IMG/VR virus record: IMGVR_UViG_3300041809_000571
Span: 51,841-115,840 of that record
Source of the DNA: a virus
DNA: 64,000 bases
Direction: 5' to 3' (one strand)
The notes under the pieces were generated by a model. The model did not search any database and was not told the origin of the DNA. It was given only the letters and a program-made list of their open reading frames with translations. Shown in pieces: positions 35,149 through 44,662 of this stretch; the first letter of the stretch is position 1; each line of letters starts with the position of its first letter. The translations under genes were made by a program, and so were the position numbers.

Positions 35149-36192
35149 GTGGTGTATTCCCATCAATTTGCAGCAGCTATCAAAGTCAACGGCGTCGTTC
35201 TCCGTGAAGCTAGCGGTGAAGTCGCTGTACCCTTCGGCTCCGAATATGCAATCTATCTCAAGAACATGGCCTCTGTCCGGGCTATGGTGAAAGTGGAGAT
35301 TGACGGCACCGACGTAACCGAGGGAAGTTGGCTCGTTCTCAACCCTAATTCCAACATGGACCTTGAACGGTTCATCCGTAACGGAAACTGGAACCAAGGC
35401 AACCGGTTCAAGTTCATCAAGCGCACCGGCAAGGTGGAAGAGCACCGGGGCATCAAGGCGGAAGACGGCCTTATCCGCATCGAATACAAGTTCGAGAAGA
35501 TGCCGGACCCCGAGGTTCACACCCATCACTATGACCACTACCACCACACCTATGACCCGTATTATCCGTACTACTGGCCTACGTGGACGTGGACCGCTGG
35601 TGGAGTGACTTACCGGGGCACGGGTGTTTCTCTGAGTGCTGCCCAAGCCAACGGAGGCACGGTGGTTAACAACGCTCAAAACTTCAACAACTCCACCAAC
35701 GTCCTTCGCAGCAAGGGTGCGCCCAGCGCTTCTCGCTTCTGCTCCTTTGACAGCCTTGGTGACAGCGACGGAATGATTGGCGGTCTCCATAAGTCCGCTG
35801 ACTCCACCCATACCGCCAACGTCAACACCACCGGCAGTCTCCAGCCGGGGAGCAAGATGGAATCCAGTTGCTTCACCATGAACTTCTGTGATACCACTCC
35901 CGTGGCAGGAGCGGCTGGTGTGGATTATCGTGAGGCAGAGGTTTCCGAAGACCCCGGCATCACGGTCGCTGGCAGCAAGAGTGAACAGAAGTTCACCAGC
36001 GTTGGTTGGTTCCCGACCGAGAGCACTTCGCACGTTCTTGTCCTGAAACTCAAGGGCAAGACGAGCAAGGGTACCGAAGTCAAGCAGGCGGTCACCGTTA
36101 AGACCAAGGTGACCTGCTCCTCCTGCGGAACGGTCAACGACAGCGACGTTCGTTACTGCCCGGACTGTGGCACCGCCACGGACTTGATTTAA
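35149..36192 (+). CDS. hypothetical protein with C-terminal zinc ribbon
   Basis: 347 aa; His/Tyr/Trp-rich low-complexity centre; CSSCGT...CPDCG at C-terminus. Confidence 0.45.
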   Translation: MVYSHQFAAAIKVNGVVLREASGEVAVPFGSEYAIYLKNMASVRAMVKVEIDGTDVTEGSWLVLNPNSNMDLERFIRNGNWNQGNRFKFIKRTGKVEEHRGIKAEDGLIRIEYKFEKMPDPEVHTHHYDHYHHTYDPYYPYYWPTWTWTAGGVTYRGTGVSLSAAQANGGTVVNNAQNFNNSTNVLRSKGAPSASRFCSFDSLGDSDGMIGGLHKSADSTHTANVNTTGSLQPGSKMESSCFTMNFCDTTPVAGAAGVDYREAEVSEDPGITVAGSKSEQKFTSVGWFPTESTSHVLVLKLKGKTSKGTEVKQAVTVKTKVTCSSCGTVNDSDVRYCPDCGTATDLI

Positions 36193-36346
36193 CCTCTTGG
36201 CGGGTCCGCTAGCGGCAGATGGTAAGCTGCTAAGCTAGAAACCGGTGACGCTCGATTCTGCTGGACAGACCCGCCGAGGCAACCGATGTGCGGGATTATA
36301 TCAAAAGTTAGAAATGATGTAATCCCGCATATCACAGGAGAGTCAA

Positions 36347-36628
36347 ATGTTTCCCTATATACCCGGTGTGTTTCCGTTTCCGTACATTCCCCCTCGTCCA
36401 GTACCTCCTCCGTACCGTCCATGGCCTCGCCCGCCATACATTCCCGTGCCGGAACCTCCTTCTCCCGAGCGGCCCTGTCCTCACTGCCCGCCCCGGCGAC
36501 CGTGGAAGGATTCCCGTTGCACCCTTAACAAGCCCCTGTGGATGGTCATCCCACCCGAAGGCGTACACATCTCTTGTCCCGTTCATCCGGGCGGTCATCA
36601 CATTTTTGGTTCTCCAATAATGTGGTAA
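36347..36628 (+). CDS. proline-rich small protein
   Basis: 93 aa, >35% Pro, repeated PYIP/PRP. Confidence 0.3.
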   Translation: MFPYIPGVFPFPYIPPRPVPPPYRPWPRPPYIPVPEPPSPERPCPHCPPRRPWKDSRCTLNKPLWMVIPPEGVHISCPVHPGGHHIFGSPIMW

Positions 36629-36632
36629 AAAC

Positions 36633-36641
36633 TGGTATTAT
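36633..36641 (+). promoter_or_regulatory. extended -10 promoter CTGGTATTAT
   Basis: Promoter motif 6 nt upstream of ATG 36647. Confidence 0.35.
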
Positions 36642-36646
36642 GTACC

Positions 36647-37180
36647 ATGGGCTTAACCACAGAGTTGGATTTTTCCATCAAGCGCACCAACAGCTTGATT
36701 GGTGAACTGCAAGAGTTGGTCACAAAGAAGTGGTACGTCGTCGGCTATATGTTCAGCCCCGATTTCTCCAAGATTGTTCTCATTCGCAAGAACCGGCCAT
36801 CATGGCAATGTGGATTGCTTAACGGAGTGGGTGGGAAGGTAGAGAAAAATGAAGACCCCCTCGGTGCCATGAGCCGGGAATTTTTCGAGGAGACAGGGGT
36901 TTGGCACACTGATTGGAAAACCATCTGCACTTTGGACTTCCCCGAAGCACGAGTGTGGTTCTTCTGGACCGTCAGTCCCGCCTATGACAAAGTTAAAACC
37001 CAAACCGACGAGTCCGTGGATATCCACGTGGTACGAGACCTGCAAGACTACACCGACTTGGTTCACAACGCCAACTGGATTATCGCTATGGCACTCTCAT
37101 TCCAGCGGGGCGAGCGGGCAGACAGCTTTAACGTTAAGGAGATTTATAATGTTCGACCGGATGGGGAAGTTTCCTCCTGA
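36647..37180 (+). CDS. Nudix hydrolase
   Basis: Nudix box GVGGKVEKNEDPLGAMSREFFEETG (Gx5Ex7REuxEExGu). Confidence 0.7.
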   Translation: MGLTTELDFSIKRTNSLIGELQELVTKKWYVVGYMFSPDFSKIVLIRKNRPSWQCGLLNGVGGKVEKNEDPLGAMSREFFEETGVWHTDWKTICTLDFPEARVWFFWTVSPAYDKVKTQTDESVDIHVVRDLQDYTDLVHNANWIIAMALSFQRGERADSFNVKEIYNVRPDGEVSS

Positions 37181-38021
37181 GTATCGGGAGACGAGGTACA
37201 TGCTGGAACCCCTGCACGTCGGGGTTAGTCGTGTGTTTGTACAGGGTGATGAAGAGAATGACCGGCTCATTGAAGACCTCAACAAAATGCCGCAGGTCAA
37301 GAATACCCTGAAATTGTATACCCGGTTAGAACACACCATGCGAGCCATGGTGATGAACCTGACAGCGTGGATTCTCCGGGACAGCAACAAGCATGAGACC
37401 GGCACCAAAACGGTCACAGAGACTCTGGCTTTGCCAGAGACGTGGTGGGATATGCTGAAACAACATCCGAAGTTCCCCAAGTGGTTTGTCAAACGGTATC
37501 CGCCCAAGGTCATCACCAAGAGCTTTGACTTCACGGTGAATTTTGAGAAGGAAATTCGGGTATGCCCGCACGCTGACATAGAATTCCGGGACCCCATGCA
37601 CATGTACTTCATGGCCTTCGAGACACCTTCGGGTCCGATTAAGATTCCCCCGGAGGTAATTGCTGCGGACGGCTTCATTCACGTTGAAGTTTATGGAGAC
37701 ACCACCTGTGACCAGAAGCGGCACCTACAAGGATTCAGCGGGGAGATGGTCATCTACCCGACCTTCAATCGTGCCCGAGTCAAGATTCTTCTTGAACATG
37801 CCGATAAGGCAATCCGTTGGCTGAACTCCCAGTCTGACCTTCACTATGAAATCGTGATGCCCGATGTGGTGAAGGCGAAAAAAGAAAAAGAAACCTTCCC
37901 CATACATGACGGTGTTCCCTGCCCCAAGTGTGGTGTAGGAACTGACACCAACGGGGATGGAGATCGTCTCTTCTGCGGTGGTCACAATATCAGTATGCGA
38001 AAGGACTTACTCCCCAAGTAG
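37149..38021 (+). CDS. hypothetical protein with C-terminal zinc ribbon
   Basis: AAGGAG RBS; CPKCG...CGGH at C-terminus; overlaps Nudix gene end. Confidence 0.45.
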   Translation: MFDRMGKFPPEYRETRYMLEPLHVGVSRVFVQGDEENDRLIEDLNKMPQVKNTLKLYTRLEHTMRAMVMNLTAWILRDSNKHETGTKTVTETLALPETWWDMLKQHPKFPKWFVKRYPPKVITKSFDFTVNFEKEIRVCPHADIEFRDPMHMYFMAFETPSGPIKIPPEVIAADGFIHVEVYGDTTCDQKRHLQGFSGEMVIYPTFNRARVKILLEHADKAIRWLNSQSDLHYEIVMPDVVKAKKEKETFPIHDGVPCPKCGVGTDTNGDGDRLFCGGHNISMRKDLLPK

Positions 38022-38059
38022 CCGAACGGTGACATTTGGGAAAGTAACCGAACGACGAC

Positions 38060-38380
38060 ATGAAAAGCATCAAGGTCAAGGAACTTATTGAACGTCTCAA
38101 GCGAGTCAACCCCGAGGCGGACTTTCAAGTTATCGCCCTGAACTACCCGCAGGAGTTCTCTCTCACTCACGGCGGCGGTGACGGTTGTACGGAAGCGAAC
38201 TGTGACGACTTCGGCCCCTATATCAGTATGCTTCACCGGGGCGACGGCAGCTACATCCGGGGGCGTAGTGATGAAGTGGAACAGCCGAAGACCCACTACA
38301 CTTACGATGAATTTGTAGACAAGATTGCCGCCACGCTGGAGGAAGTAGCCAAACAACCACCCACGGAGGAAACGTTTTGA
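38060..38380 (+). CDS. hypothetical protein
   Basis: 106-aa ORF. Confidence 0.4.
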   Translation: MKSIKVKELIERLKRVNPEADFQVIALNYPQEFSLTHGGGDGCTEANCDDFGPYISMLHRGDGSYIRGRSDEVEQPKTHYTYDEFVDKIAATLEEVAKQPPTEETF

Positions 38381-39021
38381 TTATCCGACTGGCAGAGGCC
38401 CACATTGAGGAAGACTACGACGGCGAGAGGATTCTCCGTCAGATAGAGAAGTATGCTCGCAACTGTTATAAGTCCGAGGCCAAGACCACGGACATGGATG
38501 GCACTAAGGCGTTCGTGAAGAAACTTCTCCATACCCTCAAACATGAGGGTATCGCCGACCACCACATGATTACCGTGCGGGTAGTCTGCGACCGGGGCAT
38601 AAGCCATGAAATAGTCCGGCACCGCATCGCCGCTTACCTGCAAGAGTCTACTCGCTACTGCGATTATACCAAGGCAGGGCAGATTCAAGTCATCGACATC
38701 AAGCAGTTCATGACCCCGGCGCAGTTCGATGTTTGGACCTATGCCATGAATGAGGCGGAGAAGGCTTACAACGAGCTTCGCCGCTTGGGGGCACGCCCGG
38801 AGATTGCCCGGTCGGTCCTTCCCAACAGTCTCAAGACCGAAATCATCATGAGCCTGAACCTCACAAGTTGGCGAAACTTCTTCAAGAAGCGGGCCTGCAA
38901 CGCCGGGGCGCACGTTCAGATGAAAGAGATTGCTGTACCACTACTCAAGGAGTTCCAGAGAGTCATCCCCGTGATTTTCGATGACCTTATTCCAGCGGAA
39001 CTTCCGGCTTTGAAAGGGTAA
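38377..39021 (+). CDS. thyX: flavin-dependent thymidylate synthase
   Basis: ThyX signature RHRIAAYLQES (RHRx7S); 214 aa. Confidence 0.8.
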   Translation: MIIRLAEAHIEEDYDGERILRQIEKYARNCYKSEAKTTDMDGTKAFVKKLLHTLKHEGIADHHMITVRVVCDRGISHEIVRHRIAAYLQESTRYCDYTKAGQIQVIDIKQFMTPAQFDVWTYAMNEAEKAYNELRRLGARPEIARSVLPNSLKTEIIMSLNLTSWRNFFKKRACNAGAHVQMKEIAVPLLKEFQRVIPVIFDDLIPAELPALKG

Positions 39022-39022
39022 C

Positions 39023-39490
39023 ATGTTTAACGAAAAATGGGACAGAAGGTTTCTTGAATTAGCCGCTCTTGTGGCTTCGTGGTCCAAGGACCCCTCAACG
39101 AAGACTGGAGCGGTCATTGTCAGCGCCCGCAAGTCTGTCGTGGGTGTGGGATTCAACGGCTTTCCGCAGGGAGCCAAGGATGACCCCGAGCTTTACGCTG
39201 ACCGGACGTACAAATATGACCACGTAGTCCACTGTGAAATCAACGCCCTGCTCTTCGCCAATGGACCGGTCAACGGGTGCGTTCTTTACACGTGGCCTTT
39301 CATGAGTTGCATCCGGTGCGCCGTGCAAATGGCACAGGCAGGCATTTTCCACTTTGTGGCCCCCAACCCCTCCGCCGACGCTTTGACTCGCTGGGCGGCT
39401 TCCTTCAACGCCACGAGGAAGTTCCTCAGTGAATGCAACCTCGGACTGACCGAAATCGGGATGGCAGAAGACTATGTGAGGAAACCTTAA
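39023..39490 (+). CDS. dCMP/cytidine deaminase-family zinc enzyme
   Basis: HCEINAL (H-x-E) and PCxxC (SCIRC) zinc ligands. Confidence 0.7.
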   Translation: MFNEKWDRRFLELAALVASWSKDPSTKTGAVIVSARKSVVGVGFNGFPQGAKDDPELYADRTYKYDHVVHCEINALLFANGPVNGCVLYTWPFMSCIRCAVQMAQAGIFHFVAPNPSADALTRWAASFNATRKFLSECNLGLTEIGMAEDYVRKP

Positions 39491-39502
39491 CGGAGGTGGG
39501 TT

Positions 39503-39742
39503 TTGACTAAAGCGCAAGTGAGACTTAGCGAGATGACTCTCCGAAAGATTGCCTCGGGAGAGACGGTGACTATCCGCATAGCCGAGGTTGCGGAGCTTTC
39601 CGTGTCTTTAGCCCCACCACCCGGCAGTCCCCCGCAGCCTCAGACCGCTGGTGAGCGGTTTGTAGACCAGATATTCGGAAAAGACGGGGGAGACTTCGGT
39701 GATTTGTTTTCAAGCCTTTTCAGAAAACACCCACCCAAATAA
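39503..39742 (+). CDS. hypothetical protein
   Basis: 79-aa ORF. Confidence 0.35.
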   Translation: MTKAQVRLSEMTLRKIASGETVTIRIAEVAELSVSLAPPPGSPPQPQTAGERFVDQIFGKDGGDFGDLFSSLFRKHPPK

Positions 39743-39773
39743 CAGATTTTGGACCCCTTATTAGGGGGAAATT

Positions 39774-40436
39774 ATGGATTTCATGTGGATTGACGAAGAC
39801 CGGCTGGCTACCCTTTACGAGGGAATGAGGATAATGGAGAGCCTCAGTCACGGAAAGGTGTGGGAGATGGAGATTTTCCTGTACGGCATGACCTCTGACC
39901 GGGGTGTCATCAGTGCCGCCAAGGAATCCATCATTGACCTTTTGGAGGAGTACTGGGACGAAGACGGTGAAACCACCCTTCGAGAGGAAGAGATTGCCCT
40001 GAACGAGGTTGCCATCGCTATCCACCTTAACTCCGACACCATCTACACTCTGTTGGGCAGGCACGGACTTGATGTCTATCAAATGGATTTTGCCTACCTT
40101 GGACAAGAGGGAGAAGGGGTCCGGGTCACCTCTTTCAGCACCGGAGCCGGGAGCCGAACCCGGCTAATGTTCAGCGGTCTCAAAAACACCGTCCTTGCCG
40201 AGGGAGACATTCATCTACGGGAATATTTGACCCAGCAGAAGACCGGCCAACCCATGAAAATAAATAAGCGAGTGGAGAGGGGTCAATCCGCTGTGGCTCC
40301 CCCGACCCCCACGACTCCGCAGGCTCCTCCCACGGGCGGGACTCCTCCCACGGGCGGGACTCCTCCCACGGGCGGGACTCCTCCGGTACAGAACATTGCC
40401 AGTGTTGTGGAGAAATTCCTTGACCGTCGCCGCTGA
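39774..40436 (+). CDS. hypothetical protein with (PPTGGT)n repeat
   Basis: 220 aa; C-terminal tandem hexapeptide repeat. Confidence 0.45.
   Translation: MDFMWIDEDRLATLYEGMRIMESLSHGKVWEMEIFLYGMTSDRGVISAAKESIIDLLEEYWDEDGETTLREEEIALNEVAIAIHLNSDTIYTLLGRHGLDVYQMDFAYLGQEGEGVRVTSFSTGAGSRTRLMFSGLKNTVLAEGDIHLREYLTQQKTGQPMKINKRVERGQSAVAPPTPTTPQAPPTGGTPPTGGTPPTGGTPPVQNIASVVEKFLDRRR
40325..40384 (+). repeat. 18-bp tandem repeat x3.3 (ACTCCTCCCACGGGCGGG)
   Basis: Exact tandem copies inside ORF 39774-40436. Confidence 0.7.
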
Positions 40437-40743
40437 AATCCCGGATACTAAAATTGGCATCGCTCCCGTGATGCCTAATCACGTCAAAGTGCAGCTTCGC
40501 TATTTGACCAAGGAAGCCAAGCACTTGAGAAGCTTTCTCTTATCAGGATACACCGGCATTGGAGCACCCTACATGGAAGAGGTGTGCATTCTCATGCCCC
40601 ACATGAGGGTGTTTCCCGTGATAGAGTGCTTTTTACCCCCCTTCGAGACCCTCAAGCAAGAGGGAGTGGTCCCCGAGGATGCCGAACTGCAAAGCTACCG
40701 CATCCTTGACCACGACGAATTAACTCTCTCCTACGTGCTGTAA
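40396..40743 (+). CDS. hypothetical protein
   Basis: 115-aa ORF; start uncertain. Confidence 0.3.
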   Translation: MPVLWRNSLTVAAEIPDTKIGIAPVMPNHVKVQLRYLTKEAKHLRSFLLSGYTGIGAPYMEEVCILMPHMRVFPVIECFLPPFETLKQEGVVPEDAELQSYRILDHDELTLSYVL

Positions 40744-40781
40744 TTTTCCATAAAAACTGAGTATTTTAGATAGGAGGTCTT

Positions 40782-40997
40782 ATGGGCAAATCTGCGTGTG
40801 AGCATGGTGCGCCATCCTGTAGTTGTGATGAATACCGGCACATTACTTGCCCGGAATGCGGGTGCTACGTTTGCGCCGGATGCGGCAGTTATGACCCCCG
40901 ACTACTGGCTCCCGAACCGACCAAATATAAGGTTTGCCCGACTTGCAACGGGTCGGGGCTAGTTCCGATAATCGAGGAGACCAATGGCAACCCGTAA
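40782..40997 (+). CDS. Cys-rich small protein
   Basis: AGGAGG RBS; four CxxC pairs. Confidence 0.45.
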   Translation: MGKSACEHGAPSCSCDEYRHITCPECGCYVCAGCGSYDPRLLAPEPTKYKVCPTCNGSGLVPIIEETNGNP

Positions 40998-41259
40998 AAA
41001 CAACGCCCTAGACATGGATACGTTGATTGACTTCGCCAAGACCTTGGCAAACTGGAAGGGGTTTTGCGTGCAAAGCGTCTCCGTCGCCAACCCCAAAGGA
41101 GTACAAGCCAAGCCTTGGGAGCTTAGCGGGATGCAGTGGGAATCCTTACAGACCTACCATCTGATAGAGGCACTACAGGTGTCCCTTTTTAATCACATGA
41201 AGATGGTGAGTGAGCTTCAACAATTCAAAGCGGTCAGGGGGAAGAAAAATGCTAAGTGA
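40984..41259 (+). CDS. hypothetical protein
   Basis: 91-aa ORF. Confidence 0.4.
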   Translation: MATRKNNALDMDTLIDFAKTLANWKGFCVQSVSVANPKGVQAKPWELSGMQWESLQTYHLIEALQVSLFNHMKMVSELQQFKAVRGKKNAK

Positions 41260-41512
41260 CACTGCCTTAGTTGTCATCTGTATCATCGCCATAAGCGGAT
41301 TTTTGTTCTTGGGTAGTACCCTCAGTCACCTGCTTAACTATCTTGAAGAGATACACCGGCAGGCGCATGAAACCGAGATGGCAAAACTCGGCCTGACTTA
41401 TAACGACGACCTAGAAAGGTGGGTGCCCTATGGGCAAGGCGAAGAACAGCCTGACAAGCCGAATGAAGGAGAACTACGAACTCCGGTGCCGCCACTGGCT
41501 CCCGAGGCGTAG
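41249..41512 (+). CDS. small membrane protein
   Basis: GGGGGAAG RBS; hydrophobic helix ALVVICIIAISGFLFLGS. Confidence 0.4.
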   Translation: MLSDTALVVICIIAISGFLFLGSTLSHLLNYLEEIHRQAHETEMAKLGLTYNDDLERWVPYGQGEEQPDKPNEGELRTPVPPLAPEA

Positions 41513-42200
41513 TTACGTCCTTATCCGAGTGGACGGCAGAAGCTTCCACACATGGACCAAGGGCCTAAACAAGCCCTATGACGTGGAAATGATGAAGTGC
41601 ATGGACACCGTGGCGTTCAAGCTCTTTGAAGAGATTCCGGGAGCGAAGTTCGGCTATGTCCAGTCGGATGAAGTCAGTCTGCTCATCACGGACTTTGACA
41701 AGATTGGTACCGAGGCGTGGTTCGACAACTGCCAGAACAAGCTGGAGAGCGTCTCCGCCTCCATCGCCACAATGGCTTTCAATCGGGAAGTCATTAGGTA
41801 TGCACGTGCAAATCTTGAAATGGATATCACTAAACTGGGGTCTAAAGCACCCGATGCCACGTTCGACAGCCGGGCGTGGACCATACCGGACTACGTGGAA
41901 GTGGAGAACTACTTCATCGACCGGCAGAAGGATGCCATCCGAAACTCCGTCACTATGCTGGCAAACTACTACGCCAGCCACAAGAGCCTGCTCAAAAAGA
42001 AGGTCAGTGACCGGCACGAGGTCATTCGGGCAGCGGGTGACGACTGGGAAAAACACCCCCTGCGTTTTCGCCGGGGCGCAGCGGTGTACCGAGTCGGAGG
42101 AATCAGTAACGGTGTAGCAATCGACCAAGACACCCCGGAATTCACCAAAGACAGGGGATACCTCAAGCGGCACATCCCCCGGCACTGGGCGGATGATTAG
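41430..42200 (+). CDS. Thg1-like protein (tRNA-His guanylyltransferase family, 3'-5' polymerase)
   Basis: YVLIRVDGRSFHTWTKGL and GYVQSDEVSLLI match Thg1 core motifs (vVRLDGrnFhrF / yGQSDEySFvf); start may be internal. Confidence 0.7.
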   Translation: MGKAKNSLTSRMKENYELRCRHWLPRRSYVLIRVDGRSFHTWTKGLNKPYDVEMMKCMDTVAFKLFEEIPGAKFGYVQSDEVSLLITDFDKIGTEAWFDNCQNKLESVSASIATMAFNREVIRYARANLEMDITKLGSKAPDATFDSRAWTIPDYVEVENYFIDRQKDAIRNSVTMLANYYASHKSLLKKKVSDRHEVIRAAGDDWEKHPLRFRRGAAVYRVGGISNGVAIDQDTPEFTKDRGYLKRHIPRHWADD

Positions 42201-42502
42201 GGCTTAGCCCGAAGGCTCGCCGCTTCTTGACGAAGCCGCTTTGCTGTGGCAGCATAGCGGGCTGCCGTGTTGGGAGCCATAAGGTTCTTAACAACGGGGC
42301 CTTTGCTAATGCTGGCGGCGGCTTGCTCGTATCCGGCTGCCTGAGAATCCAAGGCGTTGGCACGAGCAAGGTCCTTAGTGGTCGCTGCCCATAGCGGGGC
42401 GGACATCAGAAGTGTCATGGCGATAAATCGAACGATGGTCTTCATGGAAATCCTCCTGAGAGATTTGATGTAAAAAAAGACGCATCGCCATGACGGAACC
42501 AT
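42197..42502 (-). CDS. secreted small protein (Sec signal peptide)
   Basis: AGGAGG RBS; MKTIVRFIAMTLLMSAPLWA-ATT signal; Ala-rich mature region; isolated minus-strand gene. Confidence 0.55.
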   Translation of the reverse strand: MVPSWRCVFFYIKSLRRISMKTIVRFIAMTLLMSAPLWAATTKDLARANALDSQAAGYEQAAASISKGPVVKNLMAPNTAARYAATAKRLRQEAASLRAKP

Positions 42503-42522
42503 AAGGGAATTATAAGGATTTT

Positions 42523-42747
42523 ATGAACAGAGCCAAGCGGGTGAAGAAACTGTATCTTAACATCATGCAGTGGAAGACCCGGCCCGTCCACTTCTACGGC
42601 AATGTCCGGGACGAAGCGGGCAAGGAAGTACAGCTTATCCTCCGCTGTGGCAGCCGCAAACAGGTCATTGCGGTCACCCGAGCATGGATGAAAGAGGAGA
42701 AGCACCCGGAGAAGCTTGTCGTCAGGCGGGAAACTGAGTGGTTCTAG
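42523..42747 (+). CDS. hypothetical protein
   Basis: 74-aa ORF. Confidence 0.35.
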   Translation: MNRAKRVKKLYLNIMQWKTRPVHFYGNVRDEAGKEVQLILRCGSRKQVIAVTRAWMKEEKHPEKLVVRRETEWF

Positions 42748-42755
42748 GGGGAGAT

Positions 42756-43196
42756 ATGGTCAACTGGGGAGGTATCAAAGAAGGCATGACGTTTCATGAT
42801 ATCAGTGACTTTTTGGCGACCAATCCGGGTCCCAAGGAAACGCTGGAGCTTATCGCTCAAGAGTTCACCGATTGTCCCTACATCGGGTTGGTCCTGCGTA
42901 CTCTATATCACTCGGGCATAGATGTGGGGCTGAAACAGCGCCCGGAAACAGGAGAGGGGTGTATCCGGCAAGTGCCGCCCAAGGTGGAGAGTTCTAAAAT
43001 GCTTCGAGCACTGGCTCTGTACCTGTGCCTGATGCATCGGGAGCAGGTTAAGTCCATCATCCAACTTTCGGCGATGCAGCCCCCGGCTCCCATCGTCATC
43101 ACCAAGGAAACTTTGGATGACCCCCGGCTGATGTGGGTGAAGGACCTCCCACAGGTGAAAGAAGCCATGGGGAAGGCCGAGCAAAAATCAGAATAG
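42756..43196 (+). CDS. hypothetical protein
   Basis: GGGGGAG RBS. Confidence 0.4.
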   Translation: MVNWGGIKEGMTFHDISDFLATNPGPKETLELIAQEFTDCPYIGLVLRTLYHSGIDVGLKQRPETGEGCIRQVPPKVESSKMLRALALYLCLMHREQVKSIIQLSAMQPPAPIVITKETLDDPRLMWVKDLPQVKEAMGKAEQKSE

Positions 43197-43211
43197 GCAG
43201 TATCTATAAAC

Positions 43212-43742
43212 ATGGGCACAGAATCAGAAGCAACCGTAGCAAAAGATACGGGGTTCAAGCGAACCTCAAACGATAACACCGACTACAAAACCGGGGCAAC
43301 TCGGGACACCCGCTCCATGAAGGGGTCCGTCGTAGAGATGCCGCAGGATGCTCTCTATCTTGTCAGCCGCATCTACGAGGATGGCAACCGGGGCCGGGGA
43401 TGGCGCAACTGGGAATATGGGATGCCTATCGCCGACCTGCTGGATAGTTGCCAGCGTCACATCCGCCAGCATATCGCCGGGGACCGTAACGAGCGGCACC
43501 TGTCACAGGCGGGGTGGAACCTGCTCAACGCTATCCAGATGTCCATTTGGGTGATGTTGGGCACAAGGCCAGCCGGGCTGAATAACTTGCCGGACCATCG
43601 GCATGTATGGTTGCCCGGTGACCCCAACCCATGTCCCCTCTCGCAGCAAGAGATAGACTCCCTCAAGTTTTATGGGGTTATCCCCAAGGACTACGAGTGG
43701 AAGCCACAACCGGTCGGATATAATTGGCAACCGGATAAATAA
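43212..43742 (+). CDS. hypothetical protein
   Basis: 176-aa ORF. Confidence 0.4.
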   Translation: MGTESEATVAKDTGFKRTSNDNTDYKTGATRDTRSMKGSVVEMPQDALYLVSRIYEDGNRGRGWRNWEYGMPIADLLDSCQRHIRQHIAGDRNERHLSQAGWNLLNAIQMSIWVMLGTRPAGLNNLPDHRHVWLPGDPNPCPLSQQEIDSLKFYGVIPKDYEWKPQPVGYNWQPDK

Positions 43743-43980
43743 AATGGAGGCTCAATGGACCGAGAACTGGCGGAAAAGATTGTAGGGAAGATACTATCCA
43801 ACTTAAACGACCGTAGGGGATTTCACCTTGACGATGTCGATGAGAATGTCCTGAAAGAAATAAAAAAGTCTTGGGTAGAAATCGTACTCAAGGAATCGGG
43901 CTATCAAGGTCCTTAGTATGGATGTTACTTTTAAAGATGAACGAGGGGCCGTGCATTAGGTTACCTTAAGGAGGTTCCTA

Positions 43981-44340
43981 ATGTCCCGCTCTTACCGAAA
44001 ACCCTACGTGGCTGCCTGTGGTGTCGGCTCCTGCAAAGACGACAAAAGGATAGCTCACCGAGGTGTCCGCCGTTCTCAAAATGCTTGGGTACACCAAGCT
44101 CTCAAAGACCCCGAAACCGATATCATATTCCCCCACTTCCGTGAATGCCATTGGAATGATGTCTACAACTGGAAGCGTGATGGCAAGCAGCACTGGTGCT
44201 ATCCCGATGCCCGTGCATGGGACCGTCATATGAAAGCGGTAAACAAGCTCTACCAGTACCCCTTTGAGATGCGCCCCGGATACCTAGACTCTAAACTTGA
44301 GTGGCCTCCCCGTTGGTATCTGGAGGCTCTACGGAAATAG
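43981..44340 (+). CDS. hypothetical protein
   Basis: AAGGAGG RBS; 119 aa. Confidence 0.5.
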   Translation: MSRSYRKPYVAACGVGSCKDDKRIAHRGVRRSQNAWVHQALKDPETDIIFPHFRECHWNDVYNWKRDGKQHWCYPDARAWDRHMKAVNKLYQYPFEMRPGYLDSKLEWPPRWYLEALRK

Positions 44341-44348
44341 TGGAAATC

Positions 44349-44357
44349 CAGTATTAT
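44349..44357 (+). promoter_or_regulatory. putative -10 promoter CAGTATTAT
   Basis: Same motif as 30508 and 59899. Confidence 0.3.
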
Positions 44358-44374
44358 TAGGTGGAGAATCATTG

Positions 44375-44662
44375 CTGCCTAAAGACCAACTCGAACATAA
44401 TGCTTATTACACTGGCACCTGCCGGAACGCCAGCATTGCCCGATGGAATGCCGAAGGGGGATTTTTCATCCATTGGCGTACCAAGTTTAACGACACTTAC
44501 CCGGAGTGCATCGGTTACTGGGTAGATGCGAAGCCGGGTGAGATTCGATTTGACGAGTTTCAACCCTTTGCCAAGTTGGATAACCCCCAATTCACTATTC
44601 CTTTGACGGAGGAGGAATTTAACGCCAGTGGAGGATTCGTGTATGGCATTCCCAACAGATGA
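44375..44662 (+). CDS. hypothetical protein (paralog of next gene)
   Basis: TTG start after GGTGGAG; shares EH(N/G)AYY(T/Y)G..RN...ARW(N/D) core with 44643-45032. Confidence 0.3.
   Translation: MPKDQLEHNAYYTGTCRNASIARWNAEGGFFIHWRTKFNDTYPECIGYWVDAKPGEIRFDEFQPFAKLDNPQFTIPLTEEEFNASGGFVYGIPNR

Noticed and set aside
35110-36033. 307-aa minus-strand ORF
   Set aside because: Antisense to the + strand 347-aa gene, which fits the co-directional operon.
40325-40384. CRISPR-like tandem repeat
   Set aside because: 18-bp period with no spacers, in frame inside a coding region encoding (PPTGGT)n.
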